A DNA stretch of 56,686 nt, taken from positions 1-56,686 of the forward strand of contig UQXT01000001.1 of the NCBI GenBank assembly GCA_900545075.1. The letters are read 5' to 3'. This stretch comes from an uncultured Collinsella sp. GTDB lineage: Bacteria > Actinomycetota > Coriobacteriia > Coriobacteriales > Coriobacteriaceae. A program made the position numbers and the translations under genes. Of the stretch, positions 9,461 through 19,042 are shown piece after piece. The notes beneath the pieces were generated by a model that was not told where the DNA came from, did no database searches, and worked only from the letters and a program-made list of their open reading frames with translations. Numbering within the stretch: the first letter of the stretch is position 1; each line of letters opens with the position of its first letter.

Positions 9461-10705
9461 GTGAAGGCCACAGAGAAGACTCTTTCGATTAAACATAATA
9501 TGTTCTGGAATACCGTCGGTTCGTTGACTAATTTAGGCTGTCAGTGGCTTATCACCATTTTGGTCGTTCGGCTGTCTGATGGATATAGTGCTGCAGGCAT
9601 TTATTCGCTGGCTATGTCTATTTTCAACATGTTTTCTCAATTAGCCCAATACAGGATGTACACGGTGCAAATTGCAGATGTTGAAAGGAAAAACTCTGCT
9701 GGTGAATACCTGACTTTTCGTTTCTTTACTACTTTTATAGCGTTTGCAATGTTAGCCGTCTATTCCATTGCAACGTGTCGTATTGGTACGGTGCCCGCTA
9801 TTCTTCTGTATGCTCTCTATAAAACCGCTGGCTTAGTCATTGATGTCATGCATGCTAATGATCAGGTTGGTCATAGGATGGACTATATTGGGAAATCCCT
9901 CATAATGCAGGGCATCGGCTCTCTCCTTTCATTCATTCTTGTCTTTGGATTTTTTAATAGCCTCGAAGGTGCACTGTTGCTTATGACGGTAGTGACAATA
10001 GGCATCGGAGTTATTTACGATTATCCAAGATCAAATCGGATTTCTGCAATCAAGCTTGGAATTAGCCGAGCGAAGGTCAGAGCCTTCCTATGTAGCTGTT
10101 TGCCCATCGTTCTGGGCGGCATTGCTGCTTCTGCGGCGCCGAATATTCCCAGGCAGTATTTATCTTATTCATTCGGAGATTCTGCTCTGGGTATTTATGC
10201 ATCAGTTGCTGCACCTGTGGCAATTATCCAAATGGGTGCGACCTATATTTATAATCCTTTATTAGGTTATCTAGTAGAGCGTTACCATTCTAGAGAAAAG
10301 TCCTTTTTTTCGCTCATAGGTAAAATACTTGCTGGCATCTTTTTTGTCGGTGTCATATCTTCAGTTGCCCTTTTCTTTTTCGGTAAATTATTGCTGTCAC
10401 TGTTTTATGGCGCTGGAATAGCTAAACATACCGATCTCCTTCAGCCTATGTTGGCTTGTGCCTTTTTGACTGGCATCGCTTGGTTTGTCAACGATTTGTT
10501 GGTTTCTCTTGATAATTACCGAGGGGTATTTGTTGGCAGCATGCTGTCCTTAATTAGTGCTGCCGCTGTTATGGCTCCTGCGCAAATGCTGTTTGGCTTA
10601 AATGCCCCTACTGTATCGGCGCTTATATCCAATGCCATTTGCCTTATTTATCAGTCTTCTGTTTTGGGGAAACAGACGCAACAATGGTTCGGGGAAAAGA
10701 GATAG
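9461..10705 (+). CDS. Wzx/MOP-type oligosaccharide flippase
   Basis: 414-aa multi-pass membrane protein with a KHNMFWNTVGS N-terminus typical of polysaccharide exporters; lies among GT genes. Confidence 0.75.
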   Translation: MKATEKTLSIKHNMFWNTVGSLTNLGCQWLITILVVRLSDGYSAAGIYSLAMSIFNMFSQLAQYRMYTVQIADVERKNSAGEYLTFRFFTTFIAFAMLAVYSIATCRIGTVPAILLYALYKTAGLVIDVMHANDQVGHRMDYIGKSLIMQGIGSLLSFILVFGFFNSLEGALLLMTVVTIGIGVIYDYPRSNRISAIKLGISRAKVRAFLCSCLPIVLGGIAASAAPNIPRQYLSYSFGDSALGIYASVAAPVAIIQMGATYIYNPLLGYLVERYHSREKSFFSLIGKILAGIFFVGVISSVALFFFGKLLLSLFYGAGIAKHTDLLQPMLACAFLTGIAWFVNDLLVSLDNYRGVFVGSMLSLISAAAVMAPAQMLFGLNAPTVSALISNAICLIYQSSVLGKQTQQWFGEKR

Positions 10706-10709
10706 GCCG

Positions 10710-11570
10710 ATGATGTCTAAAGCTCACGCGCTATTAAAGCTTCAAAACACTGAATTGGATATCCTTCAGGTTGTCGCCGCATTCTGCTCTAAGCACGGCA
10801 TCAGGTGGTGGCTTGACGGTGGAACATGTTTAGGAGCAATGCGTCATAGGGGGTTTATCCCTTGGGATGATGATATAGATATCGGAATGATGCGTTCAGA
10901 TTATGACCGCTTTTGCTCTTTAGCCGAGGGTGGGTTACCGGAAGGATATTCGCTCCATACATCGCGGAATACTACTGGCTATGCTGCGATGTTTGCTAAG
11001 GTGTATCGCGATGGAACTCGCTTCGAGAATCAAGAGGCTCGAGAGGCTTCCAGTTCGATGGGCATTTTTGTCGACATCTTTCCATATGACCAGCTCTATA
11101 CAGATAAACGCCTTCGTGCAAAGCAAGTCCGAACTGCATCAATTGCACAGAAAAGAGCCTATTTATATCATTCTTCTTCCATTGTTGTCCCTCATAAAGG
11201 GTTCCTTGGTCAACTCGAGCAAATTGGTTGTTCTGCTATGCACGTGGTGGAACAACTGGTTTCTCGAGGCGCATGCTCTTACCAGGATTTGTTCGATTCC
11301 TGTATTGCCGACTCAAATACGGGTGAGGTCTCTGATTACTGTCTGACGTTAAGCTGGCCGAATATGGCGCCAGTGCCTATTTCAGAGATTTTCCCTCTGA
11401 GCAGTGCGGTTTTCGAAGGCAGTGAATTCCCTGTTCCTCGTATGACGGATAAATATCTTACAACGATGTATGGCGATTGGAAAAAAATACCGTCACCGGA
11501 TAATCGACATACCCATCTTCCGCTCTTGCTCGACTTTGGAGATGGGGAAGTCTGGACGGCACAGAATTAA
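10710..11570 (+). CDS. licD: LicD-family phosphocholine transferase
   Basis: GGTCLGAMRHRGFIPWDDDIDIGM, VDIFPYD and YLTTMYGDW motifs. Start placed at the ATGATG just after the flippase stop. Confidence 0.88.
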   Translation: MMSKAHALLKLQNTELDILQVVAAFCSKHGIRWWLDGGTCLGAMRHRGFIPWDDDIDIGMMRSDYDRFCSLAEGGLPEGYSLHTSRNTTGYAAMFAKVYRDGTRFENQEAREASSSMGIFVDIFPYDQLYTDKRLRAKQVRTASIAQKRAYLYHSSSIVVPHKGFLGQLEQIGCSAMHVVEQLVSRGACSYQDLFDSCIADSNTGEVSDYCLTLSWPNMAPVPISEIFPLSSAVFEGSEFPVPRMTDKYLTTMYGDWKKIPSPDNRHTHLPLLLDFGDGEVWTAQN

Positions 11571-11600
11571 GGATATGACATCTATATCAGATGAGGTTAT

Positions 11601-12749
11601 GTGATGAGCTCCTCTATTTGTATTTTCACTCACCATTATCACCCGCAACTTAGTGGAATTGGTAATTTTGTCGATGGTCTCGCTCACGCCTTGACTGCAC
11701 GCGGCGATAGGGTGGTTATCGTTACTAATGATTCGATGCGCGTGGGAGTCGGTCATTCAGTCGAAAACGGCCTGGAGGTAATTCGTCTTCCTTGCATTCC
11801 GTTACTTGATGGAAGACTTCCTCTTCCCAAAAAAACCAGTGATTATTACCGACTCCTGCAAACCCTTGATGATTATGAGTGGAATGGTGTTCTGATAAAC
11901 ACGAGACTTTTCCCTCTCTCGCTCGAAGGGCTGAAGTTTGCTGCGGATCATAGTGCTAAGGCTGTTGTTCTCGACCACGGCTCAGCGTATCTCTCTTTCA
12001 ATCAGCCATTTCTTGATTATTTTGTTCGCCGATATGAAGATTGGATTACTGATCGCGTAAAGTCGTTTGAACCTGATTTCTATGGGATTTCTTCTAAAAG
12101 TGTTGAATGGCTTCAGCACTTTAATATCACTGCAAAAGGCGTAATTTCAAACTCAATCAATGCCTCATTCTATAGGAGTATTTCTTCGGGGAGAGATTTC
12201 CGATCTGAATTAGGTATCCCTCAGTCATCTTTGGTTGTAGCTTTTGTCGGGCGGCTTATTCCTGAAAAGGGAATTTATTCAATTATTGAGGCGGCTCGCA
12301 CAAAAGATATTACCAAGCGTGATATTTGTTTTGTTCTTGCAGGGGATGGTCCGCTGGCTAATGAGGTCAAGGAAGCTTGTTCGTCTAACTTGTTTTGGCT
12401 TGGGAGATGTAACACAGAGGATATTTCCTCCTTACTCCAGCAAGCAGATGTGCTTTGTCTTCCAACTCGTTCCGAAGGCTTTTCAACGGTACTTCTTGAA
12501 GCTTCAGCCTGCGGAACGCCTGCAGTGGTAACAGACGTGGGCGGGGCACGCGAGCTTATCTTAGATGATAGCTACGGCACAATAATTCGGTCCATGGCAT
12601 CTGATGAGGTGGTTTCGGCATTATGCAGGCTTTTTGATGATCGAAAGCTGCTTTCTCTTCAGTCTCGAAACTCTAGGGCGCTTGTTGAAAATCGATATAA
12701 CTGGGATGCCACTGCTATGGATGTCGAGAAGGCGTTTTGTATTTGCTAA
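11601..12749 (+). CDS. GT4 (GT-B fold) glycosyltransferase
   Basis: FVGRLIPEKG and EGFSTVLLEA..CGTPAVVTDVGG motifs. Confidence 0.9.
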   Translation: MMSSSICIFTHHYHPQLSGIGNFVDGLAHALTARGDRVVIVTNDSMRVGVGHSVENGLEVIRLPCIPLLDGRLPLPKKTSDYYRLLQTLDDYEWNGVLINTRLFPLSLEGLKFAADHSAKAVVLDHGSAYLSFNQPFLDYFVRRYEDWITDRVKSFEPDFYGISSKSVEWLQHFNITAKGVISNSINASFYRSISSGRDFRSELGIPQSSLVVAFVGRLIPEKGIYSIIEAARTKDITKRDICFVLAGDGPLANEVKEACSSNLFWLGRCNTEDISSLLQQADVLCLPTRSEGFSTVLLEASACGTPAVVTDVGGARELILDDSYGTIIRSMASDEVVSALCRLFDDRKLLSLQSRNSRALVENRYNWDATAMDVEKAFCIC

Positions 12750-13262
12750 GTGATACTTGGCTGGCTTTTGTTCGGATGAAGTTGATAATCAAGGGCTTTT
12801 GTTCGGCTTTTGCGTGAAGTTGGATATAAGTGCCGATTTTGGTATTGTCGATTCCTCCTATTTCATGAATATTTGCTCGCTTGAGCACCGCTGAATATCA
12901 AGAAGCACGCCGCTGTTATTGCGCCTGGCTTTGGGGCCGACATGGGTCTCGGCGCCTATTTATTGCTAGCGTCCGGCGTCGCGTCGCTGCTGCATGTTGG
13001 CCTCGCCTGTATCAACCCAGACCGCGTTTCCTTAAGCTAGTGCCAAAGATTAAGGCTATCGTTGGGATGGGGGGGGGATAGTTGGAGCAGTTTTGTCCGA
13101 TTAGAATGGCGTCGAAGTCTTATGCACCGCGCAATTGGGCGAGAGCCGCAGCGGATTTGTATCTCGCGATGGCAGATGGGGGCTCCGGGTGAACGTCAGC
13201 TGTATGCCAGCCGTGCAAACTAAATATCCAAGCTTGAGATGTAACTTCGTGATGGTTAGTCC

Positions 13263-14734
13263 GATCGCGTCGGAAATGTTGGTGTAAGCGCGCCGACGGC
13301 TGACCGCCAAACGCAAGCGGCCCCTGTCCTAGAATCTGGAATTGCTACATAACACAGGTTCTGGGAAAGGACAGGGACCGCTATGGAGATATTAGCAGAC
13401 GCGATGCCGGATAAGGCCGCCATCCCGAGGTCGACCGACGGGATGGTCGACATCCAGTCGCTGCTCAGGCTGCTCGCCGAGCAGGTGGTCAACGCCATCA
13501 TGGACGAGGAGGCCGACCAGCTCTGCGGCGATGGGGCCAACAGCAGGAACGGCTACCGCAACCGCACGCTCGAGACGTGCGTGGGCACGCTCAACCTGAG
13601 AATCCCCAAGCTCAGGACGGGCAGCTTCTTCCCCGAGGACGTCCTCGAGCGCTACCAGCGCGTCGACCGCGCGCTCGTCGCGGCGGTGGCCGAGATGTAC
13701 GCCACCGGCACCAGCACCAGGAAGGTGCAGAGGATAGCCGAGAAGATGGGCATCGAGAGGCTCGGCAGGGACCGCGTGAGCGCGATCGCCGCGACCCTCG
13801 ACGCCGAGATAGCCGACCTCGCGGAGGGGCCGCTCGATGCGCGCGCGATACCCTACATCTGGCTCGACGCGACCTACGTCAAGTGCCGCCGCGGGGGCCG
13901 CGTGGCTTCGACCGCGGTGGTCACGGCGATAGGCTGCGACGAGTCCGGCTGGAGGCGGGTGCTGGGGGTGTCCGTGGTGGACACGGAGTCCTACGAATCG
14001 TGGCTCGGTTTCCTGCGGAGGCTGCGCGACCGCGGCGCGACCGGCACCGAGCTCGTCGTATCCGATGCCCACGGGGGCCTGGTCAGGGCCATAGGCGAGG
14101 TCTTCCAGGGGGCGGCCTGGCAGCGATGCGCCGTGCACCTGATGCGCGACTGCATGCGCGAGGCCGGCTCCTGGCAGCTGAGGCGCCGCGTGGGGCGCAT
14201 CGTCTCCTCGGTCTTCCGCGCCGGGGACGCCGCCACCGCCGTGGCCATGTACCACGCGGCATGCGAGATGCTGGAGGGGTGCTGCCCGAGGGCGGCGAGG
14301 GTGCTCGAGGAGGCGGAGCCCGACGCGCTCGCGTACCTGGACTTCCCGCCGTCGCACTGGAAGCGCCTGCGCACCAACAACGTGCAGGAGCGCGCCAACA
14401 GGGAAATCAAGCGCCGCTCGCGCGTGGTGCAGGTCTTCCCGTCGGAGAGTTCGCTGCTCAGGCTCGTGGGCGCCGTCATGTGCGACCAGGCCGAGACATG
14501 GTCCGGCTCGCGCTACTTCTCGGAGAGGAAGATGGCCGAGATGCATGACGCCGCGTTCAGAATGGGTGCCGCGGGCGAGCACGACTGGGCGGAGCTGGAG
14601 AAGGCGGCCAGGAAGATGCTCGAATCCAGCCTGGAACTTGCCGACAGCGTGGAGGCGGCCTAGGATATCAACTGATTCCGGATATCGGACACAGGGGCCG
14701 CAAGGGCCCTTACACCAACTTTCTCGACACTACC
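13263..14734 (+). mobile_element. Intact IS256-family element (1472 bp) with 8-bp target-site duplication GTTAGTCC
   Basis: IRL GATCGCGTCGGAAATGTTGGTGTAAG; IRR reverse complement GGTAGTGTCGAGAAAGTTGGTGTAAG (20/26 match). GTTAGTCC at 13255-13262 and 14735-14742. Confidence 0.92.
13383..14663 (+). CDS. IS256/Mutator-family DDE transposase
   Basis: RNGYR, IPKLRTGSFFP, WLDATY, VVSDAH, QRCAVH and RTNNVQERANREIKRR motifs. Confidence 0.95.
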   Translation: MEILADAMPDKAAIPRSTDGMVDIQSLLRLLAEQVVNAIMDEEADQLCGDGANSRNGYRNRTLETCVGTLNLRIPKLRTGSFFPEDVLERYQRVDRALVAAVAEMYATGTSTRKVQRIAEKMGIERLGRDRVSAIAATLDAEIADLAEGPLDARAIPYIWLDATYVKCRRGGRVASTAVVTAIGCDESGWRRVLGVSVVDTESYESWLGFLRRLRDRGATGTELVVSDAHGGLVRAIGEVFQGAAWQRCAVHLMRDCMREAGSWQLRRRVGRIVSSVFRAGDAATAVAMYHAACEMLEGCCPRAARVLEEAEPDALAYLDFPPSHWKRLRTNNVQERANREIKRRSRVVQVFPSESSLLRLVGAVMCDQAETWSGSRYFSERKMAEMHDAAFRMGAAGEHDWAELEKAARKMLESSLELADSVEAA

Positions 14735-14836
14735 GTTAGTCCGGATGCTGTAAACTTTATTCATTACTAGACAGTGCGTTGGACTGTAAGGGCCGCATTT
14801 TCTTCGAGCGTCGCTAAGGGCCAACTATTATTTGGA

Positions 14837-15583
14837 ATGGATGAAACTCGATTGTCATTTGCTTTAACAAAAGATTCAAAAGGATATCCGCGTGTTCTGG
14901 TAATTATTCCCGCTTATAACGAGCAGGAATGCATTCTCAATACCGTTGCTTCTATTAAGGTTGCTGGATATGACTATGTCGTAATTAACGACGGCTCACA
15001 GGATGGGACACTTAGGCTTTGTCGAGAGCATGATGTCAACATATTGGATCTCCCACAGAACCTTGGTATCGGTGGGGCGGTCCAGGCGGGGCATAAGTAT
15101 GCTCAGAGATTTGGCTATGATATTGACATTCAGGTTGACGGCGATGGCCAACATGATCCTTCTTATATACCTGAGCTTGTTAAGCTGATTGAGGGTGGGG
15201 CGAGTCTGGCGATAGGCTCTCGATTCTTGGTCGAGACCGACGGTTTCCAATCAACCTTTATGCGTCGTGTTGGAATCAGGTGGCTCTCTTTTTTGCTTAA
15301 GTTGCTTACAGGTAAGGCGGTCACCGATCCCACTTCTGGCTTTAGAGCCTGCAATAAAGACGCCATCGACTTATTCTGCAAGAGCTATCCTGATGATTAT
15401 CCGGAGCCGGAATCGATAGCTTTGGCTATGAAGCTTGGTCTCCCCGTTATGGAGGCACCTGTAAAGATGAATGAGCGCCAGGGCGGGCGTTCATCCATTG
15501 GGGTTCTCTCTTCCGTCTACTACATGATTAAAGTTACGCTTGCTATTGTCCTTGTGTGTTGGATCCATAGGGGAGACCAATAA
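14837..15583 (+). CDS. GT2 polyprenyl-phosphate glycosyltransferase (DPM1/GacI/WpsA-like)
   Basis: IIPAYNE, NDGSQD, NLGIGGAVQAG, DGDGQH and DPTSGFR motifs; stop overlaps the start of the next gene (TAATG). Confidence 0.85.
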   Translation: MDETRLSFALTKDSKGYPRVLVIIPAYNEQECILNTVASIKVAGYDYVVINDGSQDGTLRLCREHDVNILDLPQNLGIGGAVQAGHKYAQRFGYDIDIQVDGDGQHDPSYIPELVKLIEGGASLAIGSRFLVETDGFQSTFMRRVGIRWLSFLLKLLTGKAVTDPTSGFRACNKDAIDLFCKSYPDDYPEPESIALAMKLGLPVMEAPVKMNERQGGRSSIGVLSSVYYMIKVTLAIVLVCWIHRGDQ

Positions 15584-15939
15584 TGAATTTTTTTCTAAGG
15601 ATTGGGGCAGCCATCTTTTTTGGTGGGTTCCTCGTTTATGTTCTTCGACTCGTATCCAAAGGAAAGATGCTTCTTAAGTATTCTTTGCTTTGGATTTTAA
15701 TGTGCATGGCGGCCTTGCTTTGTGATTTATTCCCTCAGCTTATTTTTTATTGCTCCACGGCTATTGGGTTTGTTAACCCGGCCAATTTCCTCTTCCTGGG
15801 TGCAATTGTGCTGTTGCTTGCAATCTCTCTATCCCTTAGCGTTGCGGTGAGCCGTCATGTTTTGGCAATCAAAAGCCTTACACAAAGGATTGCCTTGCTC
15901 GAAAAAGAGCTTGAGAATCGGTTGGATTATTATGACTGA
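15583..15939 (+). CDS. DUF2304-family small membrane protein (GacJ/WpsB-like partner of the GT2)
   Basis: 118 aa, three hydrophobic helices, KYSLLW...FP...GF..P.N and a C-terminal LTQRIALLE coil; coupled to the GT2. Confidence 0.8.
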   Translation: MNFFLRIGAAIFFGGFLVYVLRLVSKGKMLLKYSLLWILMCMAALLCDLFPQLIFYCSTAIGFVNPANFLFLGAIVLLLAISLSLSVAVSRHVLAIKSLTQRIALLEKELENRLDYYD

Positions 15940-16488
15940 GCTTGATACAATTATTTGATTCAGTTTACTTTTAGTTCTTCAATGTTGCTAGTTGAGGAAA
16001 GTGGAAATCTGCCTTATACAAACGTTGCTTATACCCTTTGCTGAGGTCTGGATCGGTACCAAATCCGATGATTCTCATCGCGGGTTGCCATTTGCTTGTC
16101 AATGGAGGCGATATCCCTGCTCCGGCTGCAATGTTGTTTCAGCTGTTATGTCGTGGTCGAATAGTTTTGTATTAATAATGTAGAACAGATAATAGAATCA
16201 GCCGGAGGACTCCATTACAAAAGAGCGTAATTCCATTATCGAGCCATTTGGGTTAATTTCGATGTGGTGTGTAGTTACGCATCATTTTGTAATGCATAAT
16301 GCAGATGATGTATCGGTTTTTGCTAGCCCTTTAACCCGTTAAATTTATTAGGACGATATCACTGGCCTGATGGCTGAACTACTACCACACTACCGCTACG
16401 CCCCAGTGGGGCTGGGTTTTAAATACGCCTTTGGAATGATATTGCTTTGGCTATCTTGCGGAAAATAATCTCGAAGAAGAGTGGGCTC

Positions 16489-17108
16489 CTTGACGTAGGT
16501 CGCGTCGAGCCAGACGTAGGGCACTGGCGAGCCCTCGAGCGGCCTTCCGTACAGATCCTCGATGCCTGGTCCAGGCTCGAGGCGATGGCGCTCACCTGGT
16601 CCTTCGAGAGCCTGGAGACGCCTATCTTCTCGGCTACCCTCTGCACCTTGCGGGTGCTCGTGCCGGTGGCGTACATCTCGGCGACGGCGGCAACGAGGGC
16701 GCGGTCCACGCGCCGGTGGCGCTCGATCACGTCGTCCGGGAAGAAGCTGCCGGAGCGGAGCTTCGGGATGCGCAGCGTCAGCGTGCCGGCGCAGGTGCGA
16801 GAGACCTCTCGCGGTAGCCGTTTCGGCTGTTCGCCCCGCCACCGCTCAGCTGGTCGGCCTCGGCGTCCATCGCGGCGTTCACGACCTGTTTGGCGAGTCT
16901 GGGGAGCAGCTCCCGCATGTCGATGGCGCCGTCGCTGAAACGGGGCATGGCGAGTATGTCCGGCGCCGGGTCTGACAAGATTTACATAGCGATCTTCGTC
17001 TTTTCCCGGAACCTGTTGTTGTGGTGATTTCTGGTTCCGGGACGAAGGCCGTTTTTCGTTAAACGGGCACTAAGGGGTCACCCTTGCACCAACATTTTCG
17101 GCGCGATC
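16489..17108 (-). pseudogene. Truncated, frameshifted IS256 remnant (left end plus 5' part of the transposase)
   Basis: Fragments ANSRNGYR, RVDRALVAAVAEMYATGTSTRKVQR and VWLDATYVK lie in different frames. IRL GATCGCGCCGAAAATGTTGGTGCAAG ends at 17108. Confidence 0.9.
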
Positions 17109-17134
17109 CATGAGATTGAATTCCGCCATTCTTT

Positions 17135-17163
17135 TTGGATGCCAATGTGCTTGCTAGTATACT
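17135..17163 (+). promoter_or_regulatory. Sigma70-type promoter
   Basis: TTGGAT-17 bp-TATACT upstream of the DUF2142-like gene. Confidence 0.55.
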
Positions 17164-17216
17164 GATACCAGTATTTTTAATTGCGTTCTATTAGTTTCTC
17201 GATTATAAGGATTTTT

Positions 17217-18755
17217 ATGACAAGTTCCATAAGATGTAAGCCTTTATTTGTTTTGTTTGCCGTTTTTTTCGCATTCTATTCAGTCTATTGGTATCTAAAT
17301 AATCCGAGATTACTTGTACTGCTTACAATTACCATCTCGTTGATTCTAATTCTTGGCCTTTGCGCTGCATATGCTAAGGTGTACCATCGTCTTAAAAGTG
17401 AATGGGTATTCTTGGCGCTGCTTATAGCATTTCTAATTATTTTTATCTTTATCTTTCCTCCGTTTACGGTTCCGGATGAAGGCCATCATTTTTTTTCAAC
17501 TTATTGGATGGTTGATAGTCTTCCATTCAATGCGCATGTGACAAATGATGGTGGTTTTCTAGTACGGGATATCGATCTTTCCCTTTATAAGGGTCGCCAG
17601 AGTAACGCCATTGACTCCTCTTCATTTGATTCGATTATTCAGAATTATGCTCTGTTTGAGAATGGGAAGTGGACTCCATTCAATGAGTTCTCATTTAGCG
17701 TCAGTAGTGAGAACGTTTCTGCGAAAATAGGATCTATCGTTGGGCTGCAAATCGGTCTGTTTTTCGGACTTGGTGCCTATCCTGTGTTCTATATGGGGCG
17801 CATTGGTTCGGCTCTGGTTTTTTGCTTTTGTGCGTTCCAGGCATACAGGATTGCACCTAAGGGCAAATCGGTTATTGTTTTTGTTTCGCTTCTGCCTATG
17901 ACGCTTCACTTGGCTGCTTCATACTCTTATGATTCAGGAATTATTGCGTACTCGCTTTTAGTATTCGCTTGTCTAATGCGCGGTTTGTTTGGAGAGCAGA
18001 AATCAATAGGTTGTAAAGAAATCGTCATTTATTTAATTATTTCGGCGTTTTTGGCTCCGTGTAAGGTTGTTTATTCTGGGATGATATTACTTGGTTTGCT
18101 TGTGCCCCTTTCGCAGTTCCAAGATGTGAAAGTCGGACGTATCGGTAAGTGCATACTGATCTTTGCTGTTATAGCCTCCGTTCTAGTGCTGCGCATAGCA
18201 TCAATGAGTACATTGGTGTCTCAGTCTTCAGATGCCTCTCGTGGCCAAGAGATCGGGCGGTTTTATACGCTCAGTGACATCATCATGCATCCAAAGAATA
18301 GCTTCGAGGTCTTTTTTAGGACATTAGATTCCCTAGGAGATTTCTATTGGGGATCCACCTTAGGTTATTCGCTTGGATGGCTCCAGAAAAACTTGCAGTT
18401 TCCAGCCTTTTTTATGATTCCTTATTTGTTGTTTGGGTTTATTTGTTGTTTGGATTCCGAAGATGAGCCCTCTTTTCTCAGCCCCATTTGTTCCATTCTG
18501 TTTATTATCGCTTTTGCTTTGGCTGCCCTTGGTTCCATTGTATCTATGTGGTTGGGCTGGACGTTCAATTACGAGAATGTAATACAGGGTGTTCAAGGAC
18601 GATATTTTCTTCCTGTTCTACCAGCTTTGTTGTTTGGGTCGAGAACGCGCTTGTTTAAATTCAACTCATCTTCGCTTTCTGTCGTCTCTTTTGGCATGTG
18701 CGTGATGAATTGTTTATATCTTATTCGTTTTATTAGTATTGCATCCTGTGTGTAG
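17217..18755 (+). CDS. DUF2142-like multi-pass membrane protein (GT-C; GacL/WpsJ-like)
   Basis: PPFTVPDEGHHF loop motif, ASYSYD and GVQGRYFLP; many transmembrane helices. Confidence 0.78.
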   Translation: MTSSIRCKPLFVLFAVFFAFYSVYWYLNNPRLLVLLTITISLILILGLCAAYAKVYHRLKSEWVFLALLIAFLIIFIFIFPPFTVPDEGHHFFSTYWMVDSLPFNAHVTNDGGFLVRDIDLSLYKGRQSNAIDSSSFDSIIQNYALFENGKWTPFNEFSFSVSSENVSAKIGSIVGLQIGLFFGLGAYPVFYMGRIGSALVFCFCAFQAYRIAPKGKSVIVFVSLLPMTLHLAASYSYDSGIIAYSLLVFACLMRGLFGEQKSIGCKEIVIYLIISAFLAPCKVVYSGMILLGLLVPLSQFQDVKVGRIGKCILIFAVIASVLVLRIASMSTLVSQSSDASRGQEIGRFYTLSDIIMHPKNSFEVFFRTLDSLGDFYWGSTLGYSLGWLQKNLQFPAFFMIPYLLFGFICCLDSEDEPSFLSPICSILFIIAFALAALGSIVSMWLGWTFNYENVIQGVQGRYFLPVLPALLFGSRTRLFKFNSSSLSVVSFGMCVMNCLYLIRFISIASCV

Positions 18756-18799
18756 GCCTTTGCGTAATGCTCTCGGGTTTTTTCTGCTATCTAACAGTT

Positions 18800-19021
18800 T
18801 AGATAGCAGGCGATGATTCGGACGCCGCAGGGTCCCCGAAAGCTATGCTTTTCCAAGCCAAGCAGAGACTTTGACCGAGCGCTGGGTTGGCATGCGAGAG
18901 GCCAACATGAGGCCGTGCCGCGGGGCGGACCGCAGGTAGCAAAACGGCACCGGAGCCCATGTCGGGCCCGGTGCCCAAGCGCGATATCGACGGCGCAGTT
19001 TCGCGATATTCAACAGCGCCC
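18800..19021 (+). mobile_element. Possible degraded IS end fragment (IS5/IS1182-like)
   Basis: GC-rich patch between AT-rich genes ending in TATTCAACAGCGCCC, which resembles IS5/IS1182 right ends; internal hairpin. Weak evidence. Confidence 0.25.
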
Positions 19022-19042
19022 AAATGAGTAAATACTCATTAT

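Noticed and set aside
16387..16394. ACACTACC matching the IS256 right-end tip
   Set aside because: Only 8 nt and in the wrong orientation for the remnant.
15940..16488. Possible gene remnant in the AT-rich spacer
   Set aside because: Only short stop-interrupted frames without a convincing motif; a BLASTx search would be needed.
18946..18975. Resemblance to the Cas9 tracrRNA terminal hairpin (GGCACC...GGTGC)
   Set aside because: Short match with no anti-repeat, array or cas gene.
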